A stretch of DNA of 64,000 nucleotides from an uncultured Bifidobacterium sp. (GCA_964491875.1 CAZBIC010000018.1:37798-101797), one strand, 5' to 3'. Shown: positions 34,517 to 45,058, counted from the stretch's first letter. Numbers and translations are program-made. Notes: a model not told the origin generated them from the letters alone.

Positions 34517-37500
34517 GCTTTGAACCATCCGAATCACCCCGCGACGCCATGGAAGCACGCCTCACGGCGTTGCTGCTCGGGGAACTTTCCGCCGAGGAGG
34601 AGGGAACGCTGCGCGCTGCGCTCGCGCAGGATGCCGCGCTGGCGCAACTGCACGACCGTCTCGCGCGCACGCTTGGGTTGGTGCGCGAGGCGGCCGGTTC
34701 GCTTCGTGAGGAAACCACGCCGCCCGCCGAAGCGCTCCGGCTTTCGGCGGACCGGCGTGAGAAGCTGCTGCAACATTTCAAGGTTATCCCGCAATCGACG
34801 CTGGCTCGGACGAAGCGTCCCTCCGTCAACTGGCGTGAATGGGCGGCTGTGGCGGCCATGTTGATGGGATTGATCGCCGTCGCCGCGATTCATTTCGCAC
34901 CCAACTTTACGCGAGCGCGCTCGGCGGGTCCTGCGGTGTTCTCGGCCCAACGGAGAGAAGAGCTCGGCTTGGAGCTGGCCGACGTCAGCGACGCTGTGAA
35001 GTCCGAACATCTGGTCGCGGGAACCGTCACTCGTGGGCGTTCGGAAATATCGAAATCCGCTGGAAGCGCTCAGGACGTTGCGCCAGTCGCCAAGTTTTTC
35101 GCCGATGTCGCGGGTGCTGAACCAGGGTCCAAGCCGCAACCGTCGCGTCCTGCGAGCAGTCCGCGTGGAAGCGAAATCGCCCTGCCACAAGTCGCTCAAA
35201 CGGCGGGACTGGCAGTGCAGGATGGGGAAGCAGTTGTAGCTTTCGATTCAGTGGCTCCCGCGGACGGTTTCGCCGATCTGAGGGCTTACTCGGTCACGCC
35301 GCGGGATAAGAACATGGGGACCATCGCGGGTCGTGTCGCTGGCCAAAGTCAGGGGTTCGCGGGTGGCGGTGTTGGTCTCGGGGGAGCCGTCGCGCCTGCC
35401 GGAGCGGTGAGTGTCGATGAACTCTTCGCGTTCAGCTCTGGTCAGGCTGCTGCCAAAGGTGACGCCACGACTACGACAATGCCGATGTACGCAACGACCC
35501 GCGAGTTGAAGTCCGACAGCAAGGCGGAGGGGGAGAAACAATTGTTCTTTGGCACCGCTGATGGCGGTGTCAGCGGCGCTGCCAATCGTGAGTTGAGGGA
35601 AAACGTCGTGAGGCAACAAATCGCCGCTGTGGATAACGCGTGGAAGGATCCTGCCCCGTTGCTCCCGCCGGCGGCTCCGGTCGTTATTCCACCGCCCGCG
35701 CAACCTGCGCAGATCACGGAAGCCTTTACAGGTCTCCCTGTTTCCGAGGATTTCGTCGCTAGAGCCCCGGGAGTCTTGCCGGAGCGTCTCGCGAAGAATC
35801 AGTCTGATCGATATTGGTTCTACGGTCAAAATCCTCCCGCGTCTCCCCCGACTCCCACTCCTGTTCCGGCCTCCAAACCAACGGAACCTACCGCACCGCC
35901 GTCGGCGGACACACCAACGACGATCACGACGCCGGCCGCGCCGAAAACGTTGGCAGAGGTGTCCTCCCTCTTCGCCGCCACTTCGTTTTCAAAAACGGCT
36001 GAGCCAAAACAAAAGGACAACATCGCTCCCGGCGCCGCCGAACTGGATCTTCTCTCCGTCACTGAACGCCGAGCGGGCGACGTCGGGCTTCAGCCAGTGA
36101 ATGGCACTGCGCTCAACACGCCCGCAGGCCCAGGACAGAAATCAGATTCGCGATGGGACTCTACACTGGATGATTCAACCAAACTCGGGACTCGGCTGGA
36201 CGTCACGGTAACCAATATTGCCGCAGCGCAGTACGCGAAATCATCTGGCGAATCATTGGGCCGCTTTGGAAACGTCGCTCTCCACGAGCGTAACTTGATC
36301 ACATCCGCGCCTGAACCTGTTGAGTCGCGCTCGAAGCGCCTCGAAGTCGTCCTCCCCCAACAACTCGCGCGCGAGGCGGATGCCAAGAGCGAGGTCGAGC
36401 GTCAAAGCAGTGTCGTCGCCGGCAAGCCCCTGCAGTTGGAAAACGAAGTCTCGGAACGCAAGCGCGTTGATGAGTTCGCCGCGTTGCAGAAAGGGCTGAT
36501 TGTTGAAGAAGGCCGCGTCCTGCGGCGCGCACCCGAGGCTCCGGTTCCTCAGCCCGAGGTCAGCACGGTGGACAACGCCTTCTCCACCTTCTCGCTCAAT
36601 GTCAGCGACGTCTCCTTCAAGCTGGCGGCGGCGGCATTGGAAAAGGGGCAGATGCCGGACCCCGCCACGATTCGCAGCGAGGAATTCATCAACGCCTTTG
36701 ACTATCGCGACGCGGAGCCGGGCGGCAGCGCGCCCATTGCCTTCGCCTGGGAACGCGCGCGGTATCCGTTCGCGCATGATCGCGATCTAATTCGCTTCTC
36801 GGTGAAGACGGCCGCGAGCGGTCGCCAGCCCGGCCGGCCGCTCAACCTGGTGCTGCTCATCGACAATTCCGGTTCCATGGAACGCGCTGACCGCGTGCGC
36901 ATCCGGCAGGAATGCCTGCGCGTGCTCGCCAGCCAGCTTCAGCCGCAGGACCGCGTGAGCGTCGTCTCCTTTGCGCGCACGGCCCGGCTGTGGGTGGACG
37001 GCTTGCCCGGCGGTCAGGCCGGTGAACTCCCGCAGCGCGTCGGCGGTCTCACGCCCGAAGGTGGCACCAATCTCGAAGAGGCGATGAACCTCGCCTATCA
37101 GACCGCGCTGCGACATTTCCTCGCGAACGGCGTGAACCGCGTGGTGCTGCTCACGGATGGCGCGGCGAATCTCGGCGACGTCCAACCCGGGACTTTGAAG
37201 AAGAAAGTGGAGGCACACCGCCGGCAGGGCGTGGCGCTCGATTGCTTTGGCATCGGTTGGGATGGGTTGAACGACGAACTGCTCGAGGCCCTGTCGCGCA
37301 ACGGGGACGGTCGCTACGGGTTCGTGAACACACCCGAGGCCGCGGCGGGCGAGTTCGCGGGGCAACTCGCCGGTGCGCTCAAAGTCGCGGCGTCCGACGT
37401 GAAGGTGCAGGTGGAATGGAACCCGCGCCGCGTCACGGCTTATCGCCAGATCGGTTACGCGAAACATCAGTTGAAGAAGGAACAGTTCCGCGACAACACG

Positions 37501-37881
37501 GTGGACGCTGCCGAAATCGGCGCCGCGGAAGCTGGCAATGCGCTTTACACCGTGCAGGTGAATCCGCGCGGCGAAGGACCGCTCGGCACCGTCCGTGTGC
37601 GGTTCAAGGTTCCCAGCTCGGGCGACTATCGAGAGCACGAGTGGCCGCTGGACTACGACGGAAGCGCCAGGCCACTGGAGCAATCCAGCGCCGCGCTGCG
37701 ACTGGCCGCGAGCGCCGCTGCGTTCAGCGAATGGCTGGTGTCGAGTCCCTTCGCCGGTGAGGTCACGCCCGACAAACTGCTCGGCTACCTGGGCGGCGTT
37801 CCCGAAAGCTGGCCCGCTGATCCGCGTCCCAAAAAACTCGAGTGGATGATTCGCCAGGCCAAGAGCGTTTCGGGCAAGTGA
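34513..37881 (+). CDS. Anti-sigma-like N-terminus, one TM segment, a long Pro/Ala-rich linker and a YfbK-type VWA domain protein
   Basis: It has an ATGA overlap with the sigma gene. The N-terminus is LTALLLGELSAEEEGTLRAALAQDAALAQL and the TM segment is WAAVAAMLMGLIAVAAIHFA. The C-terminus has FSTFSLNVSDVSF..EEFINAFDY, the VWA MIDAS motif DNSGS..GGTN..LLTDG and a DUF3520-like tail. Confidence 0.75.
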   Translation: MSFEPSESPRDAMEARLTALLLGELSAEEEGTLRAALAQDAALAQLHDRLARTLGLVREAAGSLREETTPPAEALRLSADRREKLLQHFKVIPQSTLARTKRPSVNWREWAAVAAMLMGLIAVAAIHFAPNFTRARSAGPAVFSAQRREELGLELADVSDAVKSEHLVAGTVTRGRSEISKSAGSAQDVAPVAKFFADVAGAEPGSKPQPSRPASSPRGSEIALPQVAQTAGLAVQDGEAVVAFDSVAPADGFADLRAYSVTPRDKNMGTIAGRVAGQSQGFAGGGVGLGGAVAPAGAVSVDELFAFSSGQAAAKGDATTTTMPMYATTRELKSDSKAEGEKQLFFGTADGGVSGAANRELRENVVRQQIAAVDNAWKDPAPLLPPAAPVVIPPPAQPAQITEAFTGLPVSEDFVARAPGVLPERLAKNQSDRYWFYGQNPPASPPTPTPVPASKPTEPTAPPSADTPTTITTPAAPKTLAEVSSLFAATSFSKTAEPKQKDNIAPGAAELDLLSVTERRAGDVGLQPVNGTALNTPAGPGQKSDSRWDSTLDDSTKLGTRLDVTVTNIAAAQYAKSSGESLGRFGNVALHERNLITSAPEPVESRSKRLEVVLPQQLAREADAKSEVERQSSVVAGKPLQLENEVSERKRVDEFAALQKGLIVEEGRVLRRAPEAPVPQPEVSTVDNAFSTFSLNVSDVSFKLAAAALEKGQMPDPATIRSEEFINAFDYRDAEPGGSAPIAFAWERARYPFAHDRDLIRFSVKTAASGRQPGRPLNLVLLIDNSGSMERADRVRIRQECLRVLASQLQPQDRVSVVSFARTARLWVDGLPGGQAGELPQRVGGLTPEGGTNLEEAMNLAYQTALRHFLANGVNRVVLLTDGAANLGDVQPGTLKKKVEAHRRQGVALDCFGIGWDGLNDELLEALSRNGDGRYGFVNTPEAAAGEFAGQLAGALKVAASDVKVQVEWNPRRVTAYRQIGYAKHQLKKEQFRDNTVDAAEIGAAEAGNALYTVQVNPRGEGPLGTVRVRFKVPSSGDYREHEWPLDYDGSARPLEQSSAALRLAASAAAFSEWLVSSPFAGEVTPDKLLGYLGGVPESWPADPRPKKLEWMIRQAKSVSGK

Positions 37882-37897
37882 ACTTTTAACCGCCTCC

Positions 37898-40800
37898 ATG
37901 AATACCCATCGCGGGGCTGATGACAACCGAGAGAACCACCTTATGCAGACCTATCCGATTAGTTTACTTCGTTCCGCGCCCGGTTATTTGAGGACAGCGC
38001 ATCGAGCGGCAATCCTGATGACGCTTCTTGTTTCCGTGCTAGGCCTCCTCGCGCCTCCGCCAGCGCGGGCCGCCCAGGCCGAGCTGAAGAATCTCTCGCT
38101 CAACGGAGGCATCGAGGACGGCAAGGCGCGGCTCGTGATTGAGGCGAACCTGACCGGACTGCCCGGTGACAAGGACAAGGCTCTCTTCGCCACCACGCTT
38201 CAGCACTTGCTGCAGATCACCCGGGAGAAACATCTGCACACCGTCAACGCCACGTTTGAGCTTCTTCAGGGCGAGCCACGGGAGCTTTCGCTCACGCTTA
38301 CCGGCGATGGCGAGATTCGGAAAGTCACCGGAGAAAAGCTGCTCGACTGGAGCGTGCGTCAGGAGACGAACGGCACGCGAGCGCTGGTGTTGCGACCGCG
38401 CAAGTCGGACAAACCGCTCACCCAGATCGCTGTGACCATCGTCGCGGAGCGCGAGACCCCCTCCTGGCGGAATCCCGTTCAGCCGCTCACCTTCGCGCCG
38501 CCTCAGACCGCGTTGTTCAACGGCTACTTGAAAGTGGAGACCGCGCTTGAACTCGATGCTCAGCCCATTGCCCCCACGGGTCTCGTGCCCATGGACGTCA
38601 AGTTTCTGCCCGATGGGATGCGCGCTGAATCGAAGGTGGGTGAGCCGGAGCCGATCGCCTTCCGATTCCAAGGATCGGCCTACACGCTTCCACTGAACGT
38701 GACTTTGGCCGACCCCGAGGCCCGGCGAGTCGTGCTGCGCGAGTTTCAACTCAACGGCGCGCTGAGCGATTCGGGCGCCGCCTTCACTCTCACGGCGATC
38801 GCTCGGGTGAAGAATCCGCGCGGCGGTTCCATCGCGCTGCTTTCCGGCGGTGTGGCCCTGGCTGAGCTGGAGCGCAACGCCGACTGGCGGGTGCGCTTCA
38901 CGAACGATCAATTCGTCCTGATGTTCGACAAGCCCGGAGATTTCCCCGTCCGCCTCAGGTTCAACGCGGCGGTCCGGCAGAGCGGAGGTTGGAACAAGGT
39001 GGATTTCCGTGTCGCGCCGAGCGCCCTCCAGCCAATCACGCTCGCTGGGCTGGCGGCGGACACACAGTTCGAGTTCGCTGGGGCGGCGCGACCCGACCGC
39101 AGCGGCAGCGACTTCAAGAGCTTCCTGCCGCCGGACGGCGCCGTGAAGTTGGGCTGGAAGGAAGTGCGTGCTGAAGTGGAGGGCAAGCTGTTCTACGCGG
39201 CGGAAATGCTCGCGCAGATCAGCATCAGCCCGGGACTCATGCGGCAGACGGCGTTGATCGACGGCAAGATCATGCAGGGCGAATTGAACCGGCTGGTGGT
39301 GGCGGTACGAGGGCAGGGCAACGTCACCGCGGTGCAGGGTGCGAATCTGCTCTCGTGGAATGTCGAAGCCGGAGCGGTTGCGGGAGAGCGACGGTTGGTC
39401 ATTCAATTCAACCAGCCGCAGAAGGACGCCTTCGCGGTGCAGGTGCAGATGCAGACGGAGCTGGGCGCGTTCCCTCAAGCGGTGGAGGCAATGCGCCTCC
39501 AGCCTGAGGGCGCGACGCGTTTCGCCGGTCATTTCCGCGTGGTGAACCAGGGCGCGGTGCGGCTCGAAGTCGTCCAGTCCACGGGCCTGTCGCAGATTTC
39601 GCCGGAGCAATTTCCCGAGAGCGACGCGACGAAGGCGCTGCTCGCCACGAGCGCCAGCCAGCGATTCGCCTTCCGCTTCTCTAGCGGTGAATTCGCCCTG
39701 CGCATCAATGCGGACAACGTGCTGCCCGAGTTGAGTGTGTCTCAATTGCTCGCCTATCACCTCGGCGAAGCGGAGCTGGCGATCGACGGCGAGTTCGAAC
39801 TCGACATCCGCGAGGCGCCGGTGCGCGAGGTGGTGTTGCGCGTGCCGAAGGGATTCGTCGTCGCCCGTCTCGCCGCCGCCGGTCTCAGTGATTATTTCCT
39901 GCGCGAACCGGCGGACCAGCCAGACGCGGAACTACGACTTGTCTATGGCCAGCCCATCGCCGACCGGCAGGTGATTCAACTCCGCCTGGAACGCAACGGG
40001 GCGCTCGGCCAGCCGGACTGGACGCTTCCGCGCGTGGAAGTGATGAAGGCGAAGTCCACTCGCGGCCACATCGCCGTCTCGGCGGACGCGGGGTTTCGGC
40101 TCACCCCGGATCGCACGGTCGCATTGACGGATATCGCGACGGCGTTCTTTCCGCGCAAGGTCGCGGGCATCCAGGCGGCATTCCGATTGAGCGAGCCGGC
40201 GTGGGAAGCAGCGTTGCGCGTCGAGCGCCTGCCGCAATCGATCCAGGCGGATGTCTTCCACCTGTTCTCCATCGGCGAAGGCATCGCCTACGGCAGCAGC
40301 ACCATCAACTACCAGATCTCCGGAGCGCCGGTGTCGGCATTCCAAGTCGCGTTGTCGGACGAGTATTTTAACATCGAGTTCACTGGCAAGGACGTGCGCA
40401 ACTGGCAGAAGTCCACCAACGGGTATGTCGTGCAATTGAACACGCCGGTCTCCGGCACTTACACGTTGCTGGCCACGTGCGAACGGCCGTTCAAGGCCCA
40501 GGGGGAGACACTCACGTTTACCGGCGCGCGCCCGCTCGGGGTGCAGAGCGAGCAGGGTCACACGCTGGTGGTGAGCGCGTATCAGTTTCAAGTCGCTCCC
40601 GCCAATGTCTCGCCCGGATTGCTGGAGCTGGAGACCGGCGAGGTTCCCGCGGAATACCGGCTGTTCTTCGACGCGCCGATTCTCAAGGCGTACCGCTACA
40701 CCGTGCGGCCGTTCAATCTGCAACTCGCGCTGAGCCCGCTCCAGCAAGGCGAGACGCTCGGGCTTGTCGTGGATCGCGCGGCACTGTCCACGCGCATCTC

Positions 40801-43800
40801 GAAGGATGGCGAAGTGCTGACTGACGCGCGTTACTTCGTGAAGAACCGCGGCAACCCGCACTTCCGTCTCACGCTGCCCGAGGGCACCACGCTCTGGGCG
40901 GCGACGGTGAACGGCGCGACGGTGGTTCCTGTGAAGGACGGCACTTCGAACCTCATTCCGCTCCCCCAGCGCGCGGATCCAAACGCGGTGCAGACGCTGG
41001 ACCTCAAGCTGGCCTCGCGCTCGAAAACGCCGGCTCGTGTGACGGCGCTGGCGCCGGTGGTGGCCGCGCCGGTCTTGCTGGCGGAATGGAAGCTGGAGCC
41101 GGACACGGCGCAGCGGTTGACCTACAGAAGCGGTTCGCTCGCGCCGGCGGGGGGCGTGGCTGACCTGTCGGGCTTCGCCGGGTTGGCGCGGATGTTCAGT
41201 CGCGGCGACGCGATCCTCCAGGCCGGACTCGCGCTAGTGCTCGTCGTCTTCGGAGTCTGGGCGTGGCGCTGGGCGACGCGTGACGGAACTTTTCGCTTCG
41301 GCGTGCGGCACCTCGGAGGAACGCTCGTCGGGCTGCTGTCCGTGCTGATCGCGACCACAATCTTCCTGACGTTGCTCGACACCGCTGGCCGACAAATGCA
41401 GTCGCCGCCGCGCGGGTTAACCTTCCTGGCGCCCGTCCAGCAAAGCGGCAGCGCGTTGAGCGTCGAAGTGGCGAACGTCGCCGATGAACTGACGTTCTGG
41501 AGCGCGCTCGGTTTCGGCTGGCCCGCGTTGCTGGCGCTGGTGGTCTGGGGGCACGCCCTCCTTCGTCAGAGCGACGGGACCAGCGTGGTTCGGGTTGTCC
41601 TGGGATGGACGCTCGTCGCGTGGGCCGCGCTTCGCTGGCCGAACGGTGCCGGAGGATTTGTCGTGTTGGTGATGGCGTTTCTCGTCGTGCACGTGTTGCT
41701 TCCGTCGGCGCGAAACCTTTTCCGCGTACCACGCCGACCAGCGCCGCCAGCTGAACCCGGGCCGGCTGCGGCGACTGCGGCTCTCATCTTGGGCGCTCTC
41801 TTGTGGTTCAGCACCGGAACGGCGGAAGCCGCCGCGCCCGCGACTGCGGCCTCGTTCATTAAAGAGCCAGCGATGGCGGAGTCGGTCACGCAGGTCATTC
41901 GCGTCGAGGAGAAGTTCGCGCTGGCCACCGCGACGGTTCGCTGGCACGCGCAGAAGGATCAAGTGTTGCCGTTGATTTTCGAGCCGGCGGTGGTTACCCG
42001 AATCAGCTTCCCGACGAATGCGCTGAAGCTGGTGCAATCGTTTGCGAACTCGAAGCGTGTTCAACAGTTGATCGCGGAACAAAGCGGAACGTTCGACATT
42101 CAGGTGCAATATCAGCTGCAGGTCGTCCAGCGAGACGGCGAGAGCGGCATCGCCTTGCCGACCCATCACGGGCTGGTGAATCGTCTCACGTTGACGCTGG
42201 TGGATTTGGATGTGGACGTGACGTCACCCAACGCCGTGTCGGTGACTCAGGACGCGGTTTCAACCAACGCGACGACCACGGCGCTCGTCCTCGCGCCGGC
42301 GGTGGATTCGTGGATCGGCTGGAAACCGCGCAGCCGCGATGTGAAGCGCGAGAAGGCGGTGTTCTTCGCGGAGCTGTTCCAGCTCTACGTGCCCGCGGCC
42401 GGGGTTGTGGAGGGCGTGCATCAAGTGCAGTTGCGTCCGGCTCAGGGCGAGTTGAGCGAGGTCGTCTTCGACGTGCCCGGCGCGGCAACGGTGACGGATG
42501 TGATGGACGCCGCGTCCTCTGCTCCGCGATCCGAGAAGAGAAGTGCCAGCCCGTCGATCATCGCGCTCTGGCGGTTTGATCCGGACACGCGAAAGCTGCG
42601 CGTGACACTGAACGCTCCGCAATCGCGACCGTTCACTTTGATTGTGCGCTCTCAATTGGCGACCGGCCCACTGCCGTTGAATCAGAATGCCGGTTTGCTG
42701 TCTGTGGTTGGCGCGGCGGGCCAGCTGGGATCCATCGGCATCGCCACCGGTTCAGAAGTGCAGCTCGACGCAGTGGCGGCGGACAACTTCTCGTCGATCA
42801 ACCTCGAAGACTTTCCCGCACCGGTGCTCAATCCGCTCCGCGCGCAGATCGCCGGCATCACGCTGCGCCGCGCTTTCCGCTACGCGGACGCCAAGGGTGA
42901 GATTGGGATCAAAGCGTCGGCGGTTGAGCCGGATGTGCGCGTAGAGACGCAGGAGACGCTCTCGCTGAGCGAGGATCGCACGTTGCTCGCGGCCAATGTT
43001 TCGGTCGCGGTCACACGCGCGGGCATTTTCCGGCTCAGTTTCCTGCTGGCGACGAACCTCGACGTGGAGAGCATCAGCGGCGCGGCGTTGAGTCATTGGA
43101 CGGAGTTGAAGGCGCCCGAGGGTCGCATCATCACCCTGCATCTGAAGGGAAAGACCGAGGGCCAGCAGCAATTCAGCGTGAATCTCGCTGGACCGGGCAC
43201 GAAGGCGACGACGAACTACATCGTGCCGCGGCTGACGTTTCGCGAGGCCGGCAAGCAACGCGGGCAACTGGTGATTGTGCCGGAGCAGGGCATGCGACTG
43301 CAGGTCGGGACGCGAGATGGCGTCACGCAGCTGGATCCGCAGAAGTCGGGCATCCGGCAGAAGGGCGTGCTCGCGTTCCGGTTGTTGCAATCACCGTGGA
43401 GTCTCGCACTCGGCATCGAACAAGTGGACGCGTGGGTGCAGGTGACCAGTCTGCAGCACGCGACTGTGACGGAAGCTCAGGTCAAGGTGGCGGCGAACTT
43501 ACAGTATCAGATCGAGAACACCGGCTTGAAGTCACTGCGCGTGCGCGTGCCGACGAACGCGGAGAGCGTGCGGTTCCGCGGTGAACAGGTGGCGGATTTT
43601 CTCGTCGTGCCCGGCAGCGTGACGAACGATATGCAGACCTGGGAGGTGAAGCTGCATCGCCGCATCATCGGCAAGTATCTGCTGCAGGCGACGTGGCAGA
43701 CGCTCGTGCCCGAAGCCGCGACGAATGTGCCGGTGCGGGGCGTTGAATGTCTCGATGCGAATCTTCAACGCGGTTTCGTGACGGTGCAATCCGGTGGCCG

Positions 43801-45058
43801 GTTGCAGGTCCGGGCGCAGGCGCTGCCCGCCGCGCTTCAGCCCGCCGAGTGGCAGGCCATTCCCCGTGCATTGTTGCAGGACATTCCGGACGCCTCGGCG
43901 AACTTCACCTTTCGCCTGGTCGAACCGGTGTTCCTCCTCGCGCTCGGACTCGAACGTCACGAGGCGACCAAGCTCCTTCCCGCCCGCGTCAACAACGTGA
44001 CGCTGACCTCCGTGATTTCCGATGAAGGCGTGATGTTGACCCAGGTGAAACTGGAACTCGTGCCCGGCGACAAGCGGCTGCTCAACTTCACGTTGCCCGC
44101 CGAGGCGAAGTTCTGGTTCGCGTTTGTGAATCAGAACGGCGTGTGGCCGTGGCGCGAACAGGATCGAATCCTGATCCCGCTGGAACAACAATCGCGGACA
44201 GACAAGGCCACGACGGTCGAGCTGTTTTACTCCAGCCGCATCGGTGCGCCGGGCGGACGAAAACTCGATCTCTCATTGCTGGGACCGAAATTCGACCTCC
44301 CGCTGGAGAACATCACCTGGCAGGTTTATCTGAACGAGAAGTGGCAGCTGGCGGAATGGTCGGGCACGCTGCAATTGCAGGAGGACGAGCGTGTGACAAC
44401 TCCGTTGCTCGTCGACGTGAAGAGCTATCTCGACAATGAAGTCGTCCAGAACCGCGCCAAAACGAAAGCCGCAGAGGATATGCTCTCGCTGGGCAATACG
44501 CTGCTCGAGCGCGGCAATCCCCAGCAGGCGCGCCAGGCGTTCCAGAGCGCCTTTGGCCTGAGCACGCACGACAGTGCGTTCAACGAGGATGCCCGTGTGC
44601 AATTGCACAACCTCAAGCTTCAGCAGGCGTTGGTCGGCCTCAATGTTCGACAGTCCGCATCCGCCGGTGAATCAGCACCGGCTCCGGGAAACCTCAAGGA
44701 TCTCCGCAACCGCAAAGACGTCGCCTACACCCAGCAGGAGGCAAAGCAAATCATCGACGCCAACTCCGCGGACGACAACGCTGCGCTGATGCGCCTCGCG
44801 GAACGAATCATCCAGCAACAGGACGCCGCTGTCACCGCGCCCACGGCCATTCGCGCCTCGATTCCGCAACAGGGTCGGCTCCTGACCTTCCGCCGCACCG
44901 TGCAAATCGACACGACCTCGGACCTTCGCCTCTCGCTGCACACGATCGCGAAACAGGCTGCTTCAACGGGGATGCGTGTTGTCATCCTGGCGATGTTGTT
45001 TGCGGGATTCATTCTGTTGGCCTGGATGGCCGGAGGCTCGAGTCGGAAGACTTCATAG
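37898..45058 (+). CDS. Giant (2386 aa) membrane protein built from two paralogous units of about 1100 aa, separated by a 5-6 TM cluster
   Basis: This is one uninterrupted ORF. It has a signal or TM segment near the N-terminus (AAILMTLLVSVLGLLAPPPARA), a TM cluster encoded at about 41200-41830 and a C-terminal TM (VVILAMLFAGFILLAWMAGG). I recognise no family. The true start may be the Met at 37943. Confidence 0.7.
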   Translation: MNTHRGADDNRENHLMQTYPISLLRSAPGYLRTAHRAAILMTLLVSVLGLLAPPPARAAQAELKNLSLNGGIEDGKARLVIEANLTGLPGDKDKALFATTLQHLLQITREKHLHTVNATFELLQGEPRELSLTLTGDGEIRKVTGEKLLDWSVRQETNGTRALVLRPRKSDKPLTQIAVTIVAERETPSWRNPVQPLTFAPPQTALFNGYLKVETALELDAQPIAPTGLVPMDVKFLPDGMRAESKVGEPEPIAFRFQGSAYTLPLNVTLADPEARRVVLREFQLNGALSDSGAAFTLTAIARVKNPRGGSIALLSGGVALAELERNADWRVRFTNDQFVLMFDKPGDFPVRLRFNAAVRQSGGWNKVDFRVAPSALQPITLAGLAADTQFEFAGAARPDRSGSDFKSFLPPDGAVKLGWKEVRAEVEGKLFYAAEMLAQISISPGLMRQTALIDGKIMQGELNRLVVAVRGQGNVTAVQGANLLSWNVEAGAVAGERRLVIQFNQPQKDAFAVQVQMQTELGAFPQAVEAMRLQPEGATRFAGHFRVVNQGAVRLEVVQSTGLSQISPEQFPESDATKALLATSASQRFAFRFSSGEFALRINADNVLPELSVSQLLAYHLGEAELAIDGEFELDIREAPVREVVLRVPKGFVVARLAAAGLSDYFLREPADQPDAELRLVYGQPIADRQVIQLRLERNGALGQPDWTLPRVEVMKAKSTRGHIAVSADAGFRLTPDRTVALTDIATAFFPRKVAGIQAAFRLSEPAWEAALRVERLPQSIQADVFHLFSIGEGIAYGSSTINYQISGAPVSAFQVALSDEYFNIEFTGKDVRNWQKSTNGYVVQLNTPVSGTYTLLATCERPFKAQGETLTFTGARPLGVQSEQGHTLVVSAYQFQVAPANVSPGLLELETGEVPAEYRLFFDAPILKAYRYTVRPFNLQLALSPLQQGETLGLVVDRAALSTRISKDGEVLTDARYFVKNRGNPHFRLTLPEGTTLWAATVNGATVVPVKDGTSNLIPLPQRADPNAVQTLDLKLASRSKTPARVTALAPVVAAPVLLAEWKLEPDTAQRLTYRSGSLAPAGGVADLSGFAGLARMFSRGDAILQAGLALVLVVFGVWAWRWATRDGTFRFGVRHLGGTLVGLLSVLIATTIFLTLLDTAGRQMQSPPRGLTFLAPVQQSGSALSVEVANVADELTFWSALGFGWPALLALVVWGHALLRQSDGTSVVRVVLGWTLVAWAALRWPNGAGGFVVLVMAFLVVHVLLPSARNLFRVPRRPAPPAEPGPAAATAALILGALLWFSTGTAEAAAPATAASFIKEPAMAESVTQVIRVEEKFALATATVRWHAQKDQVLPLIFEPAVVTRISFPTNALKLVQSFANSKRVQQLIAEQSGTFDIQVQYQLQVVQRDGESGIALPTHHGLVNRLTLTLVDLDVDVTSPNAVSVTQDAVSTNATTTALVLAPAVDSWIGWKPRSRDVKREKAVFFAELFQLYVPAAGVVEGVHQVQLRPAQGELSEVVFDVPGAATVTDVMDAASSAPRSEKRSASPSIIALWRFDPDTRKLRVTLNAPQSRPFTLIVRSQLATGPLPLNQNAGLLSVVGAAGQLGSIGIATGSEVQLDAVAADNFSSINLEDFPAPVLNPLRAQIAGITLRRAFRYADAKGEIGIKASAVEPDVRVETQETLSLSEDRTLLAANVSVAVTRAGIFRLSFLLATNLDVESISGAALSHWTELKAPEGRIITLHLKGKTEGQQQFSVNLAGPGTKATTNYIVPRLTFREAGKQRGQLVIVPEQGMRLQVGTRDGVTQLDPQKSGIRQKGVLAFRLLQSPWSLALGIEQVDAWVQVTSLQHATVTEAQVKVAANLQYQIENTGLKSLRVRVPTNAESVRFRGEQVADFLVVPGSVTNDMQTWEVKLHRRIIGKYLLQATWQTLVPEAATNVPVRGVECLDANLQRGFVTVQSGGRLQVRAQALPAALQPAEWQAIPRALLQDIPDASANFTFRLVEPVFLLALGLERHEATKLLPARVNNVTLTSVISDEGVMLTQVKLELVPGDKRLLNFTLPAEAKFWFAFVNQNGVWPWREQDRILIPLEQQSRTDKATTVELFYSSRIGAPGGRKLDLSLLGPKFDLPLENITWQVYLNEKWQLAEWSGTLQLQEDERVTTPLLVDVKSYLDNEVVQNRAKTKAAEDMLSLGNTLLERGNPQQARQAFQSAFGLSTHDSAFNEDARVQLHNLKLQQALVGLNVRQSASAGESAPAPGNLKDLRNRKDVAYTQQEAKQIIDANSADDNAALMRLAERIIQQQDAAVTAPTAIRASIPQQGRLLTFRRTVQIDTTSDLRLSLHTIAKQAASTGMRVVILAMLFAGFILLAWMAGGSSRKTS

